Source of the DNA: Octopus vulgaris
Taxonomy: Eukaryota
Direction of reading: 5' to 3'
Length of the DNA stretch: 64,000 nt
Assembly (NCBI GenBank): GCA_951406725.2
Contig: OX597835.1
Location: 36,828,001 to 36,892,000, forward strand
Below, piece after piece: positions 55,067 to 64,000 of this stretch. Under the pieces are notes generated by a model, which saw only the letters and a list, made by a program, of their open reading frames with translations, did not search any database and had not been told where the DNA came from. How positions within the stretch are numbered: the stretch's first letter is position 1; each line of letters begins with the position of its first letter. Position numbers and translations under genes: made by a program.

Positions 55067-55734
55067 TACATACATATGAATATCAACCACTTCCAAGGTT
55101 CTGCTTGCTATGAAGCATGTAGCCCGGATCTTATCTACTCCATTCTTTAACTCTTGTATTTTTATTTGTCCACCCAATAACCCTTGGTTGCCTACTGTGA
55201 AATATATAAAGAAATTTTTCTTCAGCTCATTGTACTTTGATACAAAAAGATCCACAACCTTCTGCCTCAATTAACCACTATTGTTCCTGAAAATCATCTT
55301 ATATGTTTACTATGGATTGCTTGAAGCTAACTTTCTTCCTACACCTTGATCCTTTGATCTTACATATACACTAGCAGTATTGCCTGTTTTTATATCTTGA
55401 TTTTTTATTTTTCATGCAATTTACGCATGCTTGCACATGTGGTGAACACAGTTCATGTCAAACAGCTGACTGAGTAAAGTTCACTATTCAATGCATGGGA
55501 TTAAGGCCTAAACAAACACATTATCGATTTTTGCACTTGTGAGATGAATTTCGGAACAGAAATAGTGCAGTTCAATTTTCAATTGCTTAAACTTTAAGTG
55601 ACCCATTTTTGGTGGTTCTACGATTTGTTGGCTAGGAGGAGATGTGCTGGGAAGCTAAACACACAAGTTGAGTTTTATATATATAGATGTATGTATATAT
55701 ATATATTTATGTAAATGTATTCATGCAGTATCGA

Positions 55735-56600
55735 GAATAAATCAACCCACAGATTCACCCAGTTCGACATTGACGACTTCTACCCTTCCATATCTAAGCC
55801 CCACCTTCTGAAGATCCTAACATTTGCTGAGCAAGTATTACCCATACAGGAAATCTAATGAAGAAACAGTATACATTCACAAGAGCTCAAACCATCCCTC
55901 ACTGTAATTAAAAATCTGGTTTCAGGCATTGGCAAATGACTATCTAATCTCTCAGTCAATAGAGAGACCTTTAACAGGGTTGCTACCCACTACAACGATG
56001 CTTTGGCTTGGAGCAGGTTTATGGAGAAGCTCATGTATATGGACAACCCTCATACACCCTCTCCTCGCCCCATCTTTCCACCTATGTTGCTAGGGGCTTC
56101 CTGTCATTAGTTAAGAAATACTTCCCCTGAGGCCACAAGTATTACAAACTTTTCAACCCCCATAACGTCAAGTTGAGCTACTCTCGCTTAGATAACTTCA
56201 CATGCATCAACAGACATAAAAATGTACCCGCACCACCCCAACCCTAACCTGCAACTGTCAAAACCCCACTGTGTGCCCTTTAGAAGGATCCTGCCTCTCA
56301 AGGGCTATAGTATACAGAGCCACCCTTATACCATCCAATGACATTACTAGGCACTATACAGGTATGACAGCTAATAACTTCAAGGGAAGATACGCCCAGC
56401 ATAAGCACTCATTCAGTTCCAGGGACAGAGAGAACTCTACTTCCTTGTCTTGTTTTCTCTGGAGACTCCGTGACCTCCAAGACAAAACACCTAGCATCAA
56501 GAGGACTATTGTCGACTGAGCCCCTAAATGCCAGCTTGGCCTCCTCAAAAACTGCATGTCCTCCAACAACCCACAGTATCCATCAACAAGAAATACAATT
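55735..56600 (+). pseudogene. Decayed, internally deleted Neptune-like PLE (RT motif, thumb, GIY-YIG)
   Basis: FDIDDFYPSIS; YIHKSSNHP; CNC...CPLEGSCL..AIVYRA...YTGMT...FK.RY.QH..SF. Confidence 0.82.
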
Positions 56601-57171
56601 TATCTTATTGCTGTCACCAGAGATATGCCCTTCTGGCAAATTTCAAGCCTTTGACTGCCAAAAACATGGATATACCTCCTTAGTACCAGTTGCTACTCAG
56701 CATCACCTACACCAAGGTTACCACCATCAACCAACCCCATGAGCATGACCACCAGTGCTTGTTATGTGCATATATAGTCATACATATGCATGCATGAGTA
56801 TGCATGTGCACGCACACTAATATGTATGTGTACATGCATGCTTACATATGCACATATAAATGAATATGCATATATGTGTGTGTATATGTGTATGTATGTG
56901 CGTATGCACATGTATGTGTGTGTGCACTTCTGCATGTTCATTCATGTGTGTGTGGGGGCATGCATGTGCATGCTTGCATCAATACAGACATGCATGCAAA
57001 ACCATATGAGCATGTGCAGACCCCCCACATACACAACTATTTATTTGCACACACCGGCCCTTCCTACTTCCTATTCAACAACCTGACCGATTTCCTGTGA
57101 AGCACGCGGTCGATTTCCTGTCCACCACACGGTCAATTTCCTGTTCACCTTATACCAATATACCAACATCA

Positions 57172-57905
57172 AAGGTGATGAGTTAACAGAATCGTTAGCA
57201 CGTTTCGTCTGCCTTTACATTCTGAGCTCAAATTCCGCCAAGGTCGACTTTGCCTTTCATCCTTTCGGGGGTCGATAAATTAAGTACCAGTTATGCACTG
57301 GGTCGATATAATCGATTTAACCCCTTTGTCTGTCCTTGTTTGTCCCTTCTGTGTTTAGCCCCTTGTGGGTAGTAAAGAAATAGGTATTTCGTCCGCCGTT
57401 ATGTTCAGAGTTCAAATTTTGCCAAGGTCAACTTTGCCTTTCATCCTTTCAGGGTCAATAAATTAAGTACCAGTTATGCACTGGTAGTAATAATGTAATC
57501 GATTTAACCCTTTTGTCTGTCCTTGTCCTTGTTTGTCCCCTCTATGTTTAGCCCTTTGTGGGCAATAAAGAAATAAGAATCGTTAGTACGCTGGGCAAAA
57601 TGTGGAGGCACATGGCCTAGTGGTTAGAGCAGTGGACTCACGGTCGAGGGATCGCGGGTTCGAATCTCAGACTGGGCGATGTGTGTGTTTATGAGCGAAA
57701 ACACCTAAGCTCCACACGGCTCCGGCAGAAGGCAGTGGTGAACTTCTGCTGACTCTTTCGCCTCAACTTTCTCTCACTCTTTCCTCCTGCATCTTGCAGC
57801 TCACCTGCGATGGGCCGGCGTCCCATCCAGGTGGGGAACCTATACGCCAAGAAACCAGGAAACTGGCCCTTATGAGCTAGGGATGACTCGAGAAGGAACA
57901 AACAA
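57172..57905 (+). mobile_element. Tandem family-C SINE units followed by a family-B SINE (57603-57905)
   Basis: Two Nin-like cores; the family-B copy interrupts a third unit and is flanked by CGCTGGGCAAAATG on both sides. Confidence 0.8.
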
Positions 57906-59262
57906 AACGCTGGGCAAAATGCTTAATGGCATTTCATCTGCCTTCATGTTCTGATACATATATATACAAGTCTTGGAGTAGATTTGTAGACATATGAAAA
58001 AAAATGTTTGTGTGTAGCCTTGTCTAGACATTATGTGATGGTTGTAAATGAACATCCCCATCATAGAAGCGTGGCTGTTTGTTTCCAATCATGCATGAAA
58101 AGCATTTCTAGTTATGGAGAAATATTACTTCACTGGGAAATAAGTGAGGGTTGATGACGAGAAGGACATCCAGCCTTAGGAAAATCTAACTTGGAAAAGT
58201 GGGAGTTAAAAGTGGGCAAGGACAATGATGGTGATGATGATGATAATGATGTTGACGATGATGACAATGACAATAACGATGAAGATGATGACTGTGATGG
58301 TGATGATGATAACGGTGATGATGATGATGATGATAACGATGGCAATGACGACGATGATGATAATGACAATAATGATGTAGACGATGACAGTAATGGTGAT
58401 GATGATAGCAGTGGTGATGACAATGACAGCGATATGATGATGATGATAATGACAATGGTAATGATGATATTGATGATGAAGATATCGATGATGGTGATGA
58501 CAGTGCTGAGAGGATGATGATGATGATAATGATGATGGTGACAACAATGTTGATGGTAACGATTCATTTGTGTATAAGTCACTCTATTTTATCATTGATT
58601 TTAACTGAAAAAAGGAAAACTGGGGCTTGATTTATACACAGGGCAAAACTGACATCAAGTTTGACTATGAAGGGGAAAAAAATTTTGGACCAAAATTTAA
58701 TATTTTATCAAGGGTGTGCAACTTATACATGAGTAAACATGGTAATTATTTAGATTTTTTATTCACCAGATGGATTGGTTTGTATCGCTGCCAAAACAAT
58801 AGCAGAAATGAAAAATCTATAATAATAAACACGAAATTCTGTCTGTCCGTGCGTCTGTCTGAGACCCCTGTATCTCAGTCTACATTTGCTCCACATAGAC
58901 ATATTATACCTTTTCGGAATCGGTATGATCCTGGGATTGAGAATTTGCCCTTCATTTGGTTCTTGAACATTCAGCATTGGGATCAGGTCGGGATGAGGAT
59001 TTGTTATATGCTAACAGTTAAAAATTCAAATTTTTAAAGAACTCCAAAAATTTGCGAAGTTTAAAGTTTTTCATTTGAACTGAATTTAAAGTAATACCAT
59101 ATTGGTAGGGTACCAATAAATGCTTTATTACTATTGCTCTCTATTTAGTTTTGGGCTGCAGGCCCAATTAGCCCTCCACAGGAGCTGACTTAAAAGTCCT
59201 CACGGAGTGCAGTGTTTAAGCTAGTTTTGAATAAACGTAGCTTTCTCTTCTTCCATAATCTA

Positions 59263-59675
59263 TTCTTTTACTCTTTTACTGGTTTCAGTCATTTGACTGT
59301 GGCCATGCTGGAGCACCGCCTTTAGTCGAGTAAATCGACCCCAGGACTTATTCTTTGTAAGCCTAGTACTTATTCTGTCGGTCTCTTTTGCGGAACCGCT
59401 GAGTTATGGGGATATAAACACACCAGCATCGGTTGTCAAGCGATGTTGGGGGACAAACACAGACACACAAACATACACACACAGACACACACACATATAT
59501 AACATATATACGATGGGCTTCTTTCAGTTTCTGTCTACCAAATCCACTCACAAAGCTTTGGTCGGCTTGAGGCTATAGTAGAAGACACTTGCCCAAGGTG
59601 CCACACAGTGGGACTGAACCCGGAACCATGCGGTTCGTAAGCAAGCTACTTACCACACAGCCACTCCTACGCCTA
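59263..59675 (-). mobile_element. Family-A SINE
   Basis: Full-length match to the family. Confidence 0.88.
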
Positions 59676-60043
59676 TGTTCATACTTTATGGATATAGCAG
59701 CTAATGCATCGATTTCATAGAATGACGTTTATGTATCATGAAATCTATTCCAAGAAACTCCTGCATAGCCACACTTATTTCTCCTTGATTTTAACTGAAA
59801 AATCTCAGGTGCAACTTACAGGTGAAGTATCTGGGTGCAAGTTATATGTGAAGCAAGACTGGCATCAAGTTGGAATATGAAAGGGAAAAAAATTTTGTAC
59901 CAAGATTTAATGCTAAATTAGGTGTGTGATTTATGCATGAATAAATATGGTAGTTATTTTGAATTTTTATTCACCAGAGAGATTTGCATGATTATACAAA
60001 CACTTTAGATGAGTTGTAGTGCACCTGAGCACTGTACACAATG

Positions 60044-60075
<32 letters not shown>

Positions 60076-60076
60076 A

Positions 60077-60187
<111 letters not shown>

Positions 60188-60201
60188 CATTATTAATATT
60201 A

Positions 60202-60247
<46 letters not shown>

Positions 60248-60254
60248 TATTATT

Positions 60255-60310
<56 letters not shown>

Positions 60311-61259
60311 TATTATTATTATTATTATTATTTTATGTGCCGGTGGCACATAAAAAGCACCATCCGATTGTGGCATGTAAAAAGCACCATCCGTCCATGG
60401 CTGTTTGCCAGCTCCATCTGGCACCTGTGCGGGTGGCATGTAAAAGGCACCCACTACACTCACGGAGTGGTTGGCGTTAGGAAGGGCATCCAGCCGTAGA
60501 AACACTGCCAGATCAGACTGGAGCTTGGTGCAGCCTTCTGGCTGCACAGACCCCAGTTGAACCGTCCAACCCATGCTAGCATGGAAAGCGGACGCTAAAT
60601 GATGATGATGATTATTATTATTATTATTATTAAAACAATTGTAGAGATATGAAATTTTGAATAAATGTGCTTTTCTTTTCTTCCATAATCTATATTTGTA
60701 TTTTATGGATATTGCAGCTAATGCACCTACTCCATAGGATTACATTTATGTATCATAAACCCTCTTCCAAAGTACTCATACATAAATCACTCCTATTTCT
60801 CCTTGATTTTCACTGAAAAAAACTGGGTGCAACTTATGTATGAAGCAAGGCTGATGTCAAGTTTGAATATTAAGTGGGGGAAAAATTTGTACTGAGATTT
60901 AACACTAAATTAGGTGTGTGATTTATGCATGAGTAAATGTGGTAGTTATTTGGAATTTTTAATTCACCAAACGGATCTGGCATTTATCACGGATGTAAAT
61001 GGCATCTTTGAAAGCGTAGTCATGGCTGTTGCTGGTGTCCTGTAAACGGCACCTTGCTGATGTTAATTAAATGGCAGCAGAGGAATCGTCATCATGGCCA
61101 TTGTCAGTGTCCATGTAAGTGGCACAATAGAAGTATTCATTACACTCTTGGGGTGGTTGGTGTCAGGAAGGGCATCCAGTCGTAGAAACCATGTCTAATT
61201 AGCGGTTCAGCAAAAGAGACTGGCTTACCAGTTCCAATCAAACTGTCTTGACCATTAAA

Positions 61260-61293
<34 letters not shown>

Positions 61294-62499
61294 GGTTTAT
61301 GGTGGTGATGATGATGGTGATGGTGATGATGATGATGGTGGTGGTGGTGGTGGTGGTGATGATGATGTGATGGTGATGACGATAGTGATGGTGATGATGA
61401 TGGTGGTGGTGGTGGTGGTGTTGATGGTGATGGATGATGGTAATGATGATGATGGTGATGATGATGATGATGATGATGATGGTGATGATGCAAAGTCAAT
61501 TGCAGGGACATGAAGTTATGAATAAATGTACATTTCTTCCATAATCTACGTCTGTACCTTCTTCCCTCCCCCTCCCTCAGCCTTTCTCTTCCCCACATCC
61601 CTCCCTCGCTCTCTTCCTCTCCCCTTCCTCCTCTCCCCCTTCCTCTCTCCACTTTCTATAGTAAGGTCTGGCTTTGAAGAATATTTACCCACTAATTCTA
61701 GCAAGTTTAGTGACCACAAAAAAGGCTCTCGCTTTGGTTGTTGTTGTTGGTGGTGGTGGTGGTGGCGGCGGCGGTAGTGGTGGTGGTGGTGGCGGCGGCG
61801 GTAGTGGTGGTGGTGGTGGTGGCGGCGGCGGCGGTGGTGGTGGTGGTGGTGGTAGTCATAGTAGCTGTAGCAGTAGCAGCAATAGTGCTAATAGTACCAC
61901 TACCACCACCACCACCACCATCAACTGGTGTTTTGTACCTAGAAGACAATACTAGACATTCAAGCAATTTATTAATTATTCAACATGGCAAACTCGTTGC
62001 TCCATATTTACTTTCCAATTGGCTTCACTAAGTTAACGAAGCAATGTTCAATTTCTTCTGTAATTATTTTGAAGTTGAAGTTCCACTCTGTCTTAAATTT
62101 GCGTTTCCCTAGTAACCCTTTAGCATTTAAACTGGCCATATCTGGCCCCAAATATTCAACATGTTTTAGGTTCAAACTCACCAGATCCAACCTCTTGCAC
62201 CTGCTCTACAATGTCATTCTAAAAATAAATAATCACATTAATGAAATCTGAAGATAAAGGTAAAAAGTAAAGACCCCCCTCCCCGTCTAGAATGTTCCCC
62301 TCCAATATAACAGAAAAGTCTAATTCTTCAATTGCATGTAACATGGGCAACGCCGGGTATCTCTGCTAATTATTTATAAATATTTGTGTACATGTGTATC
62401 TCTTGTGTGCTACACCTGGTTCTTATTGCACCTAACTTTTATGTCATACATGCCCACCGATGGTGCACGTCCATTGGAGCATACTAGCTCCATTCTTCT

Positions 62500-62940
62500 C
62501 CATTCTTCACATGTCCTCTGCTTTCAGGGCCTATGTCTCACTACCATAGAACTACCATAGCTGATTTACACAGGTATCATGCAATCTGCCTTTCACCCTG
62601 AGAGGGAAGCATTTTGTTGCCAATAGAGGTAATAGCTCTCTGATCTTTCTCCATTCTTATTCTAGCAACTATTCTTTCAGAACATCCTCCTCCACTGCTA
62701 ATTAGGTCCCTAGGTAACAGAAACTACCTCAAGCTCTAGAGAGCCTCCTGGGTTTTGAGAAAATCTATTTCATATGTGTACTTGGGGTTTATTGTTCCTG
62801 CACATCTGCCACATACAAAGACTACATTCTCTGCTAATCTGCCTGTGATTCTATTGCACCTCTTATGCATCCATAGCTTGCACTGAAAGCATCAAATGTG
62901 ATTCCTTCTAATGCCTTTCCTACATTCTCAGTATGTATAT
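62500..62940 (-). pseudogene. Old RTE LINE fragment
   Basis: Remnant ISSGGGCSE.IVARIR, homologous to VSSGGGCAESVTARIR at about 22890. Confidence 0.65.
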
Positions 62941-63621
62941 AAAACATCATTTAATGTTTGGTGCTGCATTAAAAGCACCCAGCACACTCTGTAAAGGATT
63001 TGGCATTAGGAAGGGCATCCAGCCATAGAAGTGTAGCCAAGTGTTGGTTGGTTTTACAGGATCCAATGTGTTCAAGGACTGCATTATACTCCAGTGTTTG
63101 TTTTGGCATGGTTTCCATGGCTGGGTGCCAACCACTTTACAGCATCGACCGGGTGCTGATTTTTCATGCCACCTGTACTATTGAGGTTGCCATGCAGCTC
63201 ACAGATCAGCAAACCCTAGGGTTGGGGTGGGGAACAGCTTTGTGCTAGGGGCATGAGAGGATTGAAGTGTGAGAAGGGGAGGTAGCAGTGCAGGTTCTTG
63301 TAGGGGTTCTGCATGGCTACACACATCTAGCAGGAGAAGGAGGGAGAGGAAGAGTAAAATGTGGAGTAGGAGATGCAAGAGATAGATAATGGCAATAAGG
63401 TGCTTAGATAGAATGGGGGAGATAAAAGGATGTGGAAGAGAGTGTGTGTGGCGGGAACAAGCAGTAGGGGTAGTAAAGATAATACAATGGACGATGTGGT
63501 TGGGTAGTCGGCAGGAGCTGGGGTGGGATGGAGAGAAGAGGCAGGCTGCATTCATGGGAGTTGGGGAGAGTCAGTGTAATCTGGGTGGAGAGCACTTGTC
63601 TCTTCCCACCCTGATCTTGCA

Positions 63622-64000
63622 CGTGGTTAGGGTATCGAACTCGTGATTGTAAGATTGTGGTTTCAATTCCTGGACTGGGCGACGTGTTGTGTTCTTGAGC
63701 AAAACACTTCATTTTACATTGCTCCAGTCCACTCAGCTAGCAAAAATGAGTAAACTTGTGATGGACTGACATCCCATCTAGGTGGGGAATATATGCCATG
63801 AAACCAGGAAATCGGCCCTTGTAGGTCAGCATGACTAAAGAAGGTAACTTTACCTTTTTTGTGGAGGTGCATGTTTTAGTGGTTAGAGTGTTGGACTCAT
63901 GATTGTAAGATTGTGGTTTCAATTCCTGGACTGGGCGACGTGTTGTGTTCTTGAGCAAAACACTTCATTTTACATTCCTCCAGTCAAACTCAGCTGGCAA
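63622..64000 (+). mobile_element. Two tandem tRNA-derived SINE copies (family-B-related)
   Basis: GTGGTTAG...GGTTTCAATTCCTGGACTGGGCGACGTGTTG occurs twice. Confidence 0.75.

Overview
AT-rich eukaryotic non-coding DNA, dense with microsatellites ((TA)n, (TTA)n, (GAT)n, (CA)n). The repeat repertoire looks like an octopus/cephalopod genome (inference, not verified). I can support no host protein-coding exon; nearly all ORFs in the track are microsatellite or SINE artefacts. The window is a mosaic of tRNA-derived SINEs, truncated LINEs (R4/Dong-like, two RTE types, CR1), mariner remnants, hAT/Merlin/piggyBac-like MITEs and a solo LTR. It also holds many Penelope-like (PLE) insertions in (TA)n arrays. 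The main signal is a 4.2-kb spacer-less palindrome (49744-53970) with two divergent copies of a PLE thumb + GIY-YIG ORF, each arm ending in a G3:C8 hammerhead ribozyme. A 357-bp miniature of it at 19549-19905 stops at nearly the same point, about 55 nt short of the 3' tail. The window also holds several other hammerhead units with covarying cores (C3G8, G3C8, U3A8), including two related ~365-nt retrozyme-like units, and further fold-back junctions. All alignments and folds were done by eye.
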